IMG/VR virus record: IMGVR_UViG_3300021256_002372
Coordinates: 61,540-125,539 of that record
Origin: a virus
Lineage: Duplodnaviria > Caudoviricetes
Length of the DNA stretch: 64,000 bases
Direction: 5' to 3' (one strand)
Shown here: positions 9,549-19,570 of the stretch, in pieces
How the letters are laid out: every line of letters begins with the position of its first letter
Position numbering within the stretch: position 1 is the stretch's first letter
The notes under the pieces: generated by a model
What the model was told of the DNA's origin: nothing
The model's database searches: none
What the model saw: only the letters and a program-made list of their open reading frames with translations
Translations under genes and position numbers: made by a program

Positions 9549-11184
9549 TTTTCATCACCGTCCTTTTGATTGGAAGACAACAAAGCTTTTCATTCACAAT
9601 ATCCGTTGCCAGATATCTATTGACACTGCTATAATCTGAATGCCCCAAGGAGTCTTTTATCATGCTTGTATCGCTTCCTGTAGCCAGCAACCTTGAAGCA
9701 AAAGTTCTTCTTAAAATATGGAATTTACTGCATTTTTCATTAGTTGCCCTTCGTAAAGCATCACGACAAATATGTGTACTAACGACATTGTTAAACGGGC
9801 TTTCATGTGAGAGGAAGACGTAGCCATTAGGCACCTTAGGACGTCCTTTAAGAATGTAATTTCGTATACGTGTTCCAACTAACAATGACATTGGCAGAAC
9901 GATAGGGCGGTATGTCTTCTGCTGCGTGATAGATATTTCCATACTTCCCCAATCTATATCGCAGTATTTTAGACTAACAATGTCTATTCCACGGAACCCC
10001 ATATAGAGACCAAGTGATAAAATCGCTGCATCACGTATTTCAAAAGGTGTTGAGGCATTTAAACAGTAACACTCTATCATTTGAATTTCTGATTCCGAAA
10101 GTATTTCTACAATCCTTCTGGAAGCTGCGTTACGTGACGGAAGTGATTTTGAAAAATCACTTTTTGTATAGCCGGCTGCAAATAAGAATCTAAGAAAACT
10201 CTTTACATCATAAAGATAATTGTTTTTTCCATTGCAAGACGCAGCGGCCATTGCGTTGTTGTATCCTTTTACTAAAGTTGGTGTAATTGATTCTATTTCA
10301 TGTACGCCATTCATTTCAATATATCGCATGAAAGATACCGCACCTGAACGATGGACTTCGATTGTTGATCGTGAGAAATTATCCTTTTGTTCTTCGGATA
10401 AATAATGCAGTATGATGCTTTTAAAGTGGTCACTAAGTTTTGCCATATTAGTATCGGATTTGTACTGGTGAGGAAGTTTTCTCACGATGAATACATTTCC
10501 ATGAACTAAGTAGAACAAAAATTTATCCATGCAAGATTTTCTGGCACCAGAAAATCCTTTGAATGCAGGAAACTTCTCCATCATGTTCACCCAATATTTA
10601 GAAACGGATGGCGTAAAATCGATTTTTAATTCAGAGAGCAGTACGTATAGCATCTGTAGGTGAACGATATATTTATCTCTCAGGTTTTTTTCAGCGTTCG
10701 TATTTTTTCCTTTTAGGTGTTCGGTCATTTCCAGTGCTTTTTCCCAATAACTGGTTGGAGATAGCGTTATCTCTGATTTCTTACCTGATAGGTTCTTTAG
10801 TACGTTAAGATCAGAATTATTCAACTCAAATAAAAGAGCACTTGCCTGCACAGGTGCGGTTGATAACAACGGCAGATAACTTGGAATAATTCCTTTTTTG
10901 GCTAACGATTGAAGAAATAGTTTCATAGCCACAATTCCACTGTATATACCATTCTTTTTCCGTTCTTCATCGAGGTATAATGATACAAGATTTCCATTTA
11001 TACTCTTGTCATCATATATTCCATGCTTCATCATGAACAGCATAAAATTAGAAATCTGCTCCAGTTGAATTTTAACGCTTCGTGAGGTGCTACAATTTAG
11101 ACGTTCGGCTTGATACCAAGCAAGAACTGCCTTGAAATCATCAGATAGTGCTTCATCATAATGATTGTTTATTATATTATTCAT
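9532..11184 (-). CDS. Tyrosine recombinase (RitA-like, long N-terminal extension)
   Basis: RDAAI..GFRGID, QQKT, HILRRTFAS, LGH, RYL; AAGGAGG RBS before ATG 11184. Confidence 0.88.
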   Translation of the reverse strand: MNNIINNHYDEALSDDFKAVLAWYQAERLNCSTSRSVKIQLEQISNFMLFMMKHGIYDDKSINGNLVSLYLDEERKKNGIYSGIVAMKLFLQSLAKKGIIPSYLPLLSTAPVQASALLFELNNSDLNVLKNLSGKKSEITLSPTSYWEKALEMTEHLKGKNTNAEKNLRDKYIVHLQMLYVLLSELKIDFTPSVSKYWVNMMEKFPAFKGFSGARKSCMDKFLFYLVHGNVFIVRKLPHQYKSDTNMAKLSDHFKSIILHYLSEEQKDNFSRSTIEVHRSGAVSFMRYIEMNGVHEIESITPTLVKGYNNAMAAASCNGKNNYLYDVKSFLRFLFAAGYTKSDFSKSLPSRNAASRRIVEILSESEIQMIECYCLNASTPFEIRDAAILSLGLYMGFRGIDIVSLKYCDIDWGSMEISITQQKTYRPIVLPMSLLVGTRIRNYILKGRPKVPNGYVFLSHESPFNNVVSTHICRDALRRATNEKCSKFHILRRTFASRLLATGSDTSMIKDSLGHSDYSSVNRYLATDIVNEKLCCLPIKRTVMKSEAST

Positions 11185-11264
11185 GCATATCCTCCTTGAA
11201 TTTGATATTATTATTATCCACATCTTTCATGAGGAGGATATGTCTATTTAGCGTGGCTACGCTT

Positions 11265-11300
11265 AAAAGTTGATGATAATTTTTTGTACACGATAATATT
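11265..11300 (-). repeat. RIT terminal inverted repeat (right)
   Basis: AAAAGTTGATGATAATTTTTTGTACACGATAATATT, the reverse complement of the left repeat with 2 mismatches. Confidence 0.9.
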
Positions 11301-11327
11301 TCAAGGATTAAACAGGAGGAACAGCAT

Positions 11328-12395
11328 ATGAAACAGGGTAGATCATTACCGGAGGTGCTGACGGAGCTGCAGCGGCAGAACGCTGCAAAGCGTGATTATG
11401 TCAGTCCGGCGCAGGCATTCACATTGCGCCCCGATGGTGCAACCTTTGAAATGCAGCATCAGAATACCGGCGCACAGGAGCTGTTCGGAACCACCGACCT
11501 CTTTCACAGACAGATCGGCAGTGTGCTGAATATCCCGGCGAAGTATTATGATCTCATGCGGAAGGAAAAGCCGGAACTTCTGGCGGAGAACGTCAATGCG
11601 TGGTTTGGCAGCCGGGAGCAGTCCTACATGGTACGTTCTATGGATTTCGGCGAAGGCAGAGTTGCACGCGCATTGCTCTCCGACCGCTACCGCCGTATTG
11701 ACAATCTGGAGGTTGCATCGGCCGTCCTGCCGCTTTTCGCCGGTAAGGAGGAGATGGAGGTCGTTAGCTGTGCTGTCACCGAGACAATGCTGGCGATCAA
11801 GATAGTAAATCATCGGCTCGAAGCACAGGTCGTTCCAGGCGATTATGTTCAGGCGGGTGTTGTCATCCGAAATTCTGAGGTAGGTCTCGGCGCTGTCTCT
11901 GTGCAGCCGCTTGTATATCGTTTAGTATGTTCCAACGGAGCTATTGTGAATGACTTTGGTGAGCGCAGGGCGCATGTCGGCAGACAGGTGAAAGCACTGG
12001 AGGACAGCTTCAACGTATACACCGACGCCACTTTGAAAGCGGAGGACGATGTGTTCCTCATGAAGATGAAGGACGCAACCCTTGCCGCTATTGAGGAGGC
12101 GCGGTTTGCACAGATCGTCGGTAAATTGCAGGATGCAACGCAAGCTCGTATCACAGGCCGTGTGCAGGATGTCATCGAGCTGACCGGCAAAGCGTATGAC
12201 CTGAACCAGCCGGAGCAGGACAGCATCCTGAATTATCTCATCAAGGGCGGTGACCTGAGCCTTTATGGTTTATCCAATGCCATCACACGCGCTTCGCAGG
12301 ATGTAGAATCTTACGACAGAGCCACTGCGTTAGAAGGCATCGGATGGCAGGTCGCCACCATGACAAAAAATCAGTGGGAGGAAATCAACGCATGA
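11328..12395 (+). CDS. DUF932-like phage protein
   Basis: ARALLSDRYRRIDN, NSEVGLG, RLVCSNG motifs. Confidence 0.75.
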   Translation: MKQGRSLPEVLTELQRQNAAKRDYVSPAQAFTLRPDGATFEMQHQNTGAQELFGTTDLFHRQIGSVLNIPAKYYDLMRKEKPELLAENVNAWFGSREQSYMVRSMDFGEGRVARALLSDRYRRIDNLEVASAVLPLFAGKEEMEVVSCAVTETMLAIKIVNHRLEAQVVPGDYVQAGVVIRNSEVGLGAVSVQPLVYRLVCSNGAIVNDFGERRAHVGRQVKALEDSFNVYTDATLKAEDDVFLMKMKDATLAAIEEARFAQIVGKLQDATQARITGRVQDVIELTGKAYDLNQPEQDSILNYLIKGGDLSLYGLSNAITRASQDVESYDRATALEGIGWQVATMTKNQWEEINA

Positions 12396-12625
12396 GCAGA
12401 ACCTGGAAAGACAGAAAGGGCTATAAGACGAGACATCATCACCCTTCCTATACAACAAACGATTACCAGAACCGTACACGAGGCGGCTATGAGGATTATG
12501 ACCACAGCGATCAGGAGCTGTATGTCTACGATCAGAACTGCGAAAACTGCCGCTACCGCCATGACTGTCATCACACGCCGTTCCCGTCCGGATGGTGTGA
12601 GTATTGGAAGGACGGCACCAGATGA
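12392..12625 (+). CDS. Small Cys/His-rich hypothetical protein
   Basis: ATGA-coupled to both neighbours; CENCRY..C..WCEYW. Confidence 0.6.
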   Translation: MSRTWKDRKGYKTRHHHPSYTTNDYQNRTRGGYEDYDHSDQELYVYDQNCENCRYRHDCHHTPFPSGWCEYWKDGTR

Positions 12626-13056
12626 GGGAATATGTCGTAGAGAACGAGTTTGTCAAAGCAGTAAAGGCTGCCGGCGGTGTGGCATATAAGCTCACATCGC
12701 AGACAGCCAATGGTCTGCCGGACAGACTCGTTCTCTTTTTCCCGGCAAAGACAGTCTTTGTAGAACTGAAAGCACCGGGGAAAATGATGCGGCCGTTGCA
12801 GAGAAAACGGCGGTATCAGTTGATGAAGCTCGGTTTTCCGGTGATGTGCATTGACCGGGTGCAACAGATCAGACCCTGCATCGATGCAATTCTATCATGG
12901 ACACCCGGCGAACCGTTCCCAGATGGAATCGGTGCAAGAATCCCGGATCTGGAACTTGCAACGCTGCCATCGGATCTTGATGATTTCGGTGAAACACTGG
13001 AGCCGGTTGACCCGGAGGATCTTGCCGGATTCTACGAACTGGAGGATGCAGAATGA
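12622..13056 (+). CDS. VRR-NUC domain nuclease
   Basis: GLPDRLV..FVELKAPG..RPLQ. Confidence 0.9.
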   Translation: MREYVVENEFVKAVKAAGGVAYKLTSQTANGLPDRLVLFFPAKTVFVELKAPGKMMRPLQRKRRYQLMKLGFPVMCIDRVQQIRPCIDAILSWTPGEPFPDGIGARIPDLELATLPSDLDDFGETLEPVDPEDLAGFYELEDAE

Positions 13057-14423
13057 AATACACACCTCATGACTATCAGCAGTTTTGCATCGAATATATC
13101 AAAACGCATAGGATTTCTGCGCTGTTTCTGGACATGGGCTTAGGCAAGACGATCATCACATTGTCTGCTCTCCGTGACCTGCTGTTCGATGAACTTACAG
13201 TATCTAAAGTGCTTGTAATAGCTCCGCTCAGAGTAGCCCGCGACACCTGGCCTGCCGAGGTAAAGAAGTGGGATCATCTCAGCGACATCGAGCTTTCTGT
13301 TATTGTCGGCTCGGTTAAGGAGCGCACCGCAGCGGTAAACCACAATGCCTTCATCTATGTCGTGAACAGAGAAAATGTCAAATGGCTGGTCGAATATTAC
13401 GAGAAGAATGGTCTGCGCTGGGATTATGATATGATCGTGATTGATGAGCTTTCGAGTTTCAAGAACTACCAGTCTCAGCGTTTCAAGTGGCTACGGAAAG
13501 TAAGACCTTTCGTAAAGCGGTGGGTAGGGCTGACCGGCACACCGACCTCCAATGGTCTCATGGACTTATGGGCGGAGATCGGCATCCTCGATGGCGGCGA
13601 ACGGCTCGGACGTTTCATCGGGCGTTTCCGTGAATCCTACTTCAAGCCAAGCAGCATGAATCCGAGTACAGGCGTAGTATTCGCATACACACCGCGTCCT
13701 GGCGCAGAGCAACAGATTTATGATAAAATCTCGGACATTACGATCTCCATGAAAGCCCTTGACTATCTGGATATGCCGGAATGTGTATTCGTCAACCATG
13801 AGGTCGAGATGGATGCTGCCGAGCGAAAGCTATACGATCAGCTCAGACACGATCTTATTATCCCGTTGGAGGACGGTGACATTGATGCTGCGAATGCCGC
13901 ATCTCTTTCCAACAAGCTACTCCAGATGGCGAACGGAGCTGTGTACGATGAAAACAAGGAAGTGCGTCGGATACACGATCACAAGCTGGAAATGCTGGAG
14001 GATCTGATCGAAGCGGCGAACGGACAGCCGGTATTGATTGGATACTGGTTCAAGCATGACCGCGCCCGCATCATCGAACACCTGACCGCTTGTGGATACA
14101 AGCCCCGTGACATCAAGGACAGCTCCGATATCGCTGATTGGAATAACGGTTCTATTCCCGTTGCTCTGATACATCCTGCATCCGCAGGACACGGATTGAA
14201 CATCCAGTCCGGCGGTCACATTCTGATCTGGTTTGGTCTGACTTGGAGTCTGGAACTGTATCAGCAGACGAATGCCCGGTTATGGCGACAGGGTCAGGAA
14301 GCCACCGTCACGATCCACCATATCGTATGTAAAGATACCGTGGATGAGGATGTACTTTCTGCCCTTGCCAATAAGGATGTAACGCAGGAAAAGCTGATAG
14401 CAGCAGTCAAAGCACGGCTGTAA
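13053..14423 (+). CDS. SNF2-family helicase
   Basis: DMGLGKT, IDELS, LTGTP, GHGLNIQ, QTNARLWRQGQ. Confidence 0.93.
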   Translation: MKYTPHDYQQFCIEYIKTHRISALFLDMGLGKTIITLSALRDLLFDELTVSKVLVIAPLRVARDTWPAEVKKWDHLSDIELSVIVGSVKERTAAVNHNAFIYVVNRENVKWLVEYYEKNGLRWDYDMIVIDELSSFKNYQSQRFKWLRKVRPFVKRWVGLTGTPTSNGLMDLWAEIGILDGGERLGRFIGRFRESYFKPSSMNPSTGVVFAYTPRPGAEQQIYDKISDITISMKALDYLDMPECVFVNHEVEMDAAERKLYDQLRHDLIIPLEDGDIDAANAASLSNKLLQMANGAVYDENKEVRRIHDHKLEMLEDLIEAANGQPVLIGYWFKHDRARIIEHLTACGYKPRDIKDSSDIADWNNGSIPVALIHPASAGHGLNIQSGGHILIWFGLTWSLELYQQTNARLWRQGQEATVTIHHIVCKDTVDEDVLSALANKDVTQEKLIAAVKARL

Positions 14424-14560
14424 CGATTATACAGTCTGTAGGTTCCGCTGACATTTGACGACAGCGCGGCGAAGAAATGACGACAAAACGGTTACGTCTA
14501 AAAGTAACATGAAATGCTGCAAAACGGTAACGCCCACATATTTCACAGGAGGTGATCTTA

Positions 14561-15019
14561 TTGGCTCGTAAAAACAATCGAATGCAATCCGAATACCACA
14601 GATCTCTCGGCTTTGATCCGAAGAAGTACACAACTGCGGCACCCGCCACACCTGACCGCACACCGCAGCGGTATGACATCTGGTTTGCAAGTCTCGGCTG
14701 TCAGCCAAATACCAGTGTGCAGGGCGGCACACGCCCGGTCATTATCATTTCCAATGACCTCGGCAACGCCCATGCAGAAACAGTCAACGTTGTCCCGATG
14801 ACCCGACACCTGAAAAAGCCGGAACTGCCCTGTCACACACAGCTTGACCCGGACAGTGTCACGGACAAGCATCAGCCGTTAGACCCGTCTATGGTACTGG
14901 CAGAGCAGCTTACCACCATAAGCAAATATGCGCTGCGGTCTTATGCCGGCCATATTGCGGACGAGAACGCCATGCATCGCATTGAAGCTGCTGTGACCGC
15001 ACAGCTTGGATTGGAGTGA
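14561..15019 (+). CDS. PemK/MazF family endoribonuclease (no adjacent antitoxin ORF)
   Basis: DIWFASLG..SVQGGTRPVIIISND..VVPMT..VLAEQLTTISK; AGGAGG RBS before TTG. Confidence 0.85.
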   Translation: MARKNNRMQSEYHRSLGFDPKKYTTAAPATPDRTPQRYDIWFASLGCQPNTSVQGGTRPVIIISNDLGNAHAETVNVVPMTRHLKKPELPCHTQLDPDSVTDKHQPLDPSMVLAEQLTTISKYALRSYAGHIADENAMHRIEAAVTAQLGLE

Positions 15020-17448
15020 AGAATATGCCCGTTAATTTTGTCAATATCCCGGATGCACTGAAGCGGAATGCTTCTTTCTGCGTCTGGAAACTGGAGAAAC
15101 GCAGCGGTCGTCCTACTAAGGTGCCGTATGACCCGAAAACACGGAATATGGCGCGAACCAACGACCCTTCCACCTTTGCCGACTTCAACACGGCAATGAA
15201 GGCATACGCCATCGGTGGATGGGACGGCATCGGTTACCGTGTGTCCGAGGGAATCGGTGCCATCGACATCGACCACTGCATCCGTGAGGACGGATCTTTG
15301 AACGATGTCGCAGCATCTATCCTCGGAATCTTCCCGTCTGCCTACTTTGAGAAGTCACCCTCCGGCACAGGTCTGCGTGGTTTCTTCAAGCTGTCGCCTG
15401 ATTTCGCCTATGACAAGACTGTCTACTATATCAACAACCGCAAGCATGGTCTTGAGGTGTATCTGCCCGGCGTAACGAACCGTTTCGTGACCGTCACCGG
15501 CGATATGTTTAAGGAAGGAACAGTCGAGCGCAATGACGAAGCGCTCCGTTCCTTGCTGGAAACCTTCATGAAGCGCAGCACCCGTGTATCTTCAAAAACG
15601 GTAGAACCCTGCTCCTACCTCGATGACGATGGCGTTATCGCGCACGCATCGGCATCTGAATCCGGCGACAAGTTCAAAGCACTCTACGCCGGAAACTGGG
15701 AGGAAGGCTATGATTCGCAGTCCGATGCGGATATGGCTTTCGTGTCCATGCTGGCATTCTGGTGCGGCAATGTCGAGGAGCAGATCGACCGCATCTTCCG
15801 TTCGTCTGGTCTGATGCGTGACAAGTGGGATCGTATGACCGGCGACAGCACCTATGGACAGATTACGATCCGCAATGCGGTATCATCCAACGGAGAAATC
15901 TATACGCCGATCATGGGATCATCCGCTGAGGATGATTTTGAGACCATCGAGGAGGAAGCGGAAGTTCTGAACTTCGAGCCGGATCTGAGCCACATTACAC
16001 TCACGCTTGAGGAAATGCAGCCGCACACCAAGCCCCGCTACCAGCGTGACGAGATCGGCATCGGTTACGCTTTCGCCGATTACTATAAGCCCATCGCTCG
16101 TTTCGACCGGGAGCGCGGTATCTGGTATGTCTATGACGGAAAGGTATGGCAGCCCGATGAAAATGCCCTCGCAGTGGCGGAGCTTGCCAAAATCTTAGCT
16201 GACCGTCTGTATACCTTTGCGCTTCAGATCACCGATGAGGACACCAGAAACAGATATATCAAGCGTGTGCAGAAGCTCCAGATGCGGAAGAATCGTCGTA
16301 CCATGATCGAGGATGCCAAGTCTGTCTATCCGGTATCCCACACAGTATTCGACCGCAATACCGATCTGTTCAACTGTCAGAACGGAACGCTGAACCTCAC
16401 CACAGGAGAATTCCGCCCGCACGATCCTGCGGATTTTCTGACCATGATGTCCGGTGTCACTTATGATCCGGCTGCCACCTGTCCGCGATGGGAGCAGTTT
16501 ATTTCTGAGGTGATGTGTAATGACAGCGATCTCGCTCTGTATTTGCAGAAAGCTCTCGGTTACGCTTTGACCGGCGACACCTCTCTCGAATGCCTGTTCA
16601 TTCTCTATGGCGCAACTTCCCGTAACGGTAAGGGTACCACAATGGAAACGTTTCTCAAAATTATGGGTGACTACGGCAAGACCTCCAATCCTGAAATGCT
16701 GTCTACGAAATTCGGCAACGCCAATGCATCCGGACCGTCCGAGGAGATTGCCCGCCTTGCCGGTGTACGTTTCGTCAATATCTCGGAGCCGGAGAAGAAG
16801 ATCACATTCAATGCCGCACTGGTCAAGAGAATGACCGGTAACGACACACTGAATGCCCGTTTCCTGCATGAGAACAGCTTCGATTTCAAGCCGAACTTCA
16901 AAATCTTCATCAACACGAACTACAAGCCCTCCGTCTCGGATATGACGCTATTTTACTCCAACCGTCTGAAGCTGATCCCGTTCAAGCGCCATTTCGAGGA
17001 GCATGAGCAGGATAAGGGCTTGAAGGCGTTTTTTAGCCAGAATGACAGCCAGTCCGCGATCTTCAACTGGTGTTACCAAGGTTATAAGCTGTTCAGGAAA
17101 CAGGGCTTGGAGGATCCGGCTGCCGTGACGGAAGCGACCAGGGAGTATCAGGATGAGTCCGACCGCATCGGGCAGTTTGTAGATGCGTGGCTCGAAGAAG
17201 GTGAAGCCTATGAAGTGCGTACCTCGGCGGTGTATAACATCTATGGACAGTGGTGTGAGAAGTATGGCTATCGCAAGGAAAACAGCACCAATTTCAATAA
17301 TGCTATCCAGCGTTTCTTCCCTATCGTGCGCAAGCGCCCGAATGACGGCAACGGTGCGCAGAAAACTACGATGCTGATTGGCTGTCGTTTTCTGGAGCAT
17401 GAAAAGGGTGAAGATGAGAAGCCGGAGGAGTTCGCAGCTTTGGAGTGA
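15016..17448 (+). CDS. Phage primase-helicase (N-terminal primase domain + P4/D5-type SF3 helicase)
   Basis: IDIDHC, EKSPSGTG, SQSDAD; Walker A GATSRNGKGT. Confidence 0.92.
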   Translation: MKNMPVNFVNIPDALKRNASFCVWKLEKRSGRPTKVPYDPKTRNMARTNDPSTFADFNTAMKAYAIGGWDGIGYRVSEGIGAIDIDHCIREDGSLNDVAASILGIFPSAYFEKSPSGTGLRGFFKLSPDFAYDKTVYYINNRKHGLEVYLPGVTNRFVTVTGDMFKEGTVERNDEALRSLLETFMKRSTRVSSKTVEPCSYLDDDGVIAHASASESGDKFKALYAGNWEEGYDSQSDADMAFVSMLAFWCGNVEEQIDRIFRSSGLMRDKWDRMTGDSTYGQITIRNAVSSNGEIYTPIMGSSAEDDFETIEEEAEVLNFEPDLSHITLTLEEMQPHTKPRYQRDEIGIGYAFADYYKPIARFDRERGIWYVYDGKVWQPDENALAVAELAKILADRLYTFALQITDEDTRNRYIKRVQKLQMRKNRRTMIEDAKSVYPVSHTVFDRNTDLFNCQNGTLNLTTGEFRPHDPADFLTMMSGVTYDPAATCPRWEQFISEVMCNDSDLALYLQKALGYALTGDTSLECLFILYGATSRNGKGTTMETFLKIMGDYGKTSNPEMLSTKFGNANASGPSEEIARLAGVRFVNISEPEKKITFNAALVKRMTGNDTLNARFLHENSFDFKPNFKIFINTNYKPSVSDMTLFYSNRLKLIPFKRHFEEHEQDKGLKAFFSQNDSQSAIFNWCYQGYKLFRKQGLEDPAAVTEATREYQDESDRIGQFVDAWLEEGEAYEVRTSAVYNIYGQWCEKYGYRKENSTNFNNAIQRFFPIVRKRPNDGNGAQKTTMLIGCRFLEHEKGEDEKPEEFAALE

Positions 17449-17499
17449 TGCAATCTTCAGCACTTGTAAGGTGCTAACAAACCAAAATCTCTAATTTTC

Positions 17500-17660
17500 C
17501 TCGATTCTACGTTGTTTCCGCAACTGGGGCAACGTGGGGCAAGTTTTTTTGGTCTTTATTATATATACTTTTCTTTATATATATTACTATATTTACTTGC
17601 CCCTACTTGCCCCAAATATAAATAAATAAAAGAAAAGATAAGAAGAATAGGGATTTTATT
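17500..17660. other. Putative replication origin
   Basis: Two TGGGGCAA direct repeats (17525, 17535) and two inverted CTTGCCCC copies (17596, 17606) around a very AT-rich core, just after the primase. Confidence 0.6.
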
Positions 17661-17793
17661 GAAATCAGGACTTTCGCCTACCGTCTTGCCAGGGATTGTA
17701 AGATACAAACTGTGGAAACCGCCACGGTGTGTCAGTGACAGGCTTGGCAAGGTGAGAGGCATCAACATCAATTTTTATCAGGAGGAAAAGACT

Positions 17794-18912
17794 ATGAACA
17801 GAATCATCACATGTGAGCAGGTATCCGCAGGACATCCGGACAAGATCTGTGACCAGATCGCAGATGCCATCGTGTCCGACTGTCTGAAGCATGACCGAAA
17901 TTCCCGCGTTGCCATCGAGTGCCTCTTCAAGAACCGCAGCCTTGTGATCGCCGGGGAGCTGTCCAGCACCCACAAGCCGGATTACAGGAAGCTGGTGCAG
18001 AGCGTGTTCGACCGCATTAACAACACGGACAGTGACAATCCCTATGCGCCGACCAGTCGCACCGATGCCGGCATGGACTATAAGCTGGACTTCGCTGTTG
18101 ACGATCTCGACATCACAATTCTTGTCGATCACCAGAGTGGTGACATTGCACTCGGCGTAGACAAGGGCGGTGCCGGTGACCAGGGGATGTGCTACGGCTA
18201 TGCCACAAACGAAACACCGGATCTGCTCCCTATTCCGTTTGTGCTGGCGACCAGATTTCTGCGTCTGTTGAAGGCGTATCCCTGCCGTATGCTGAAAGCC
18301 GATGCGAAGGCGCAGGTCAGTTTCGACTACGACACCGGAAAGATCACAACGTTCCTCTGCTCTGTGCAGCACGTCCACGGTGTTGAGGTCGAGGACTTCC
18401 GTGACATCATCGAAAAGCTGATGGTGAGAACGGCAACAGCCTACGGTCTGAACACCGACTTCGTAAAGCTCGTCAATCCGACCGGTCGCTTTGTTATCGG
18501 CAGTTCCTTCGCCGACTGCGGTGTGACCGGACGTAAGCTCGCCTGCGACACCTACGGCGGTATCGGTCACATCGGCGGTGGTGCGCTGTCCGGCAAGGAT
18601 CCCAGTAAGGTTGACCGCAGCGGCGCGTATATGGCCCGCAAGATTGCACGAGATATTGTCAGCGCCGGATATGCTGACAAGGCAGAAGTACAGATCGCAT
18701 ACGCCATAGGTGTGGCAGAGCCTGTGTCTGTGTATGTCGAGACCTTCGGCACCGAGCAGCAGGACAAGGCGTTCATCGATCTGTACGTCCGTGAGAACTA
18801 TGACCTCACGCCGAGAGGCATCATCGAGAACCTCGGTCTGCTGGATGTGGACTACAATACTGTATCCGCTTACGGAAACTTCGGAAAACAGGGCTTTTCG
18901 TGGGAGGAGTAA
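17794..18912 (+). CDS. metK: S-adenosylmethionine synthetase
   Basis: GHPDKICDQIAD, GAGDQG, GVTGRK, GGGALSGKDPSKVDRS. Confidence 0.96.
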   Translation: MNRIITCEQVSAGHPDKICDQIADAIVSDCLKHDRNSRVAIECLFKNRSLVIAGELSSTHKPDYRKLVQSVFDRINNTDSDNPYAPTSRTDAGMDYKLDFAVDDLDITILVDHQSGDIALGVDKGGAGDQGMCYGYATNETPDLLPIPFVLATRFLRLLKAYPCRMLKADAKAQVSFDYDTGKITTFLCSVQHVHGVEVEDFRDIIEKLMVRTATAYGLNTDFVKLVNPTGRFVIGSSFADCGVTGRKLACDTYGGIGHIGGGALSGKDPSKVDRSGAYMARKIARDIVSAGYADKAEVQIAYAIGVAEPVSVYVETFGTEQQDKAFIDLYVRENYDLTPRGIIENLGLLDVDYNTVSAYGNFGKQGFSWEE

Positions 18913-18948
18913 GAGAAACACTATTTTTTATCAAAATTTTTGAAAGCA

Positions 18949-18989
18949 TACCCCTAAAACACCCCCCTGAAACGGTATATAGTAGAGGC
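18949..18989 (+). promoter_or_regulatory. Putative phage-sigma promoter TACCCCT-N20-TATATAGTAGAGGC
   Basis: Second copy of the 2563-2602 motif, upstream of HNH. Confidence 0.55.
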
Positions 18990-19022
18990 CTTTGCACGAG
19001 GCGGTAAACGGAGGTGAAGCCA

Positions 19023-19382
19023 ATGCCCAACAGACCCAACACACCATGCAAGCACCCCGGCTGTGCAGCACTTGTTCCTTACGGAACAAAATACTGTGAG
19101 CAGCATCGTTCCCTCCATCCGGAGGAGACACGCTCCGCAGGCAGTCGAGGCTACGGTCCCGCATGGAACAAAGCCCGTAAGCGTTATCTGGAATCGCACC
19201 CGCTGTGTGTGGAGTGCATGAAGGAAGGACGATATGTCAAGGCGACCGATGTGGATCACATCAAACCGCATCGGGGAGACAACGTGTTGTTCTGGGATCA
19301 GAGCAACTGGCAGAGCCTCTGCCACCGGCATCACAGTGTCAAGACACGAAACGAGGATCATACACCGGAGTACAAGTATTGA
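19023..19382 (+). CDS. Terminase-associated HNH endonuclease
   Basis: PCKHPGC..HPLCVEC..VDHIKPHRGD..NWQSLC..HH. Confidence 0.9.
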   Translation: MPNRPNTPCKHPGCAALVPYGTKYCEQHRSLHPEETRSAGSRGYGPAWNKARKRYLESHPLCVECMKEGRYVKATDVDHIKPHRGDNVLFWDQSNWQSLCHRHHSVKTRNEDHTPEYKY

Positions 19383-19419
19383 GCGAAGCTCACAGCCCCT
19401 TACCCACAGCTCAGACCAG

Positions 19420-19570
19420 CACACACGGGGCGGGCTACCCCAGGGGATGGGGCGCAGGCAGCCCGCCGGGGGCGGGTCAAAATCCTCGCAGGCAAGCCAT
19501 CAGGAGACCGTCGGCCCCTCTCGTGTGAAAATTCGCAAAATTTGCAGCCCCCCGCCCGTTTGGGTCCCTA
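19420..19570. other. Putative cos/packaging region
   Basis: GC-rich GGGGCGGGTCAAAATC...GAGACCG..CCCCTCTCGTGTGAAAATTCGCAAAATT directly after HNH, the usual cos position in HNH/P27-terminase phages. Confidence 0.5.

Larger units (their letters stand above)
7415..11300 (-). mobile_element. RIT (recombinase-in-trio) element
   Basis: Three overlapping tyrosine recombinase genes, AT-rich relative to the phage, bounded by 36-bp inverted repeats (7438-7473 and 11265-11300, 2 mismatches). Confidence 0.88.

Noticed and set aside
17640-17790. SAM-I or SMK-box riboswitch before metK
   Set aside because: Consensus core sequences not found; kept only as an unassigned structured leader
17665-18921. Long antisense ORFs (also 31787-32977, 50857-52188, 57106-58374, 58411-59631)
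   Set aside because: Shadow frames of strongly codon-biased plus-strand genes, with no RBS or recognisable motifs
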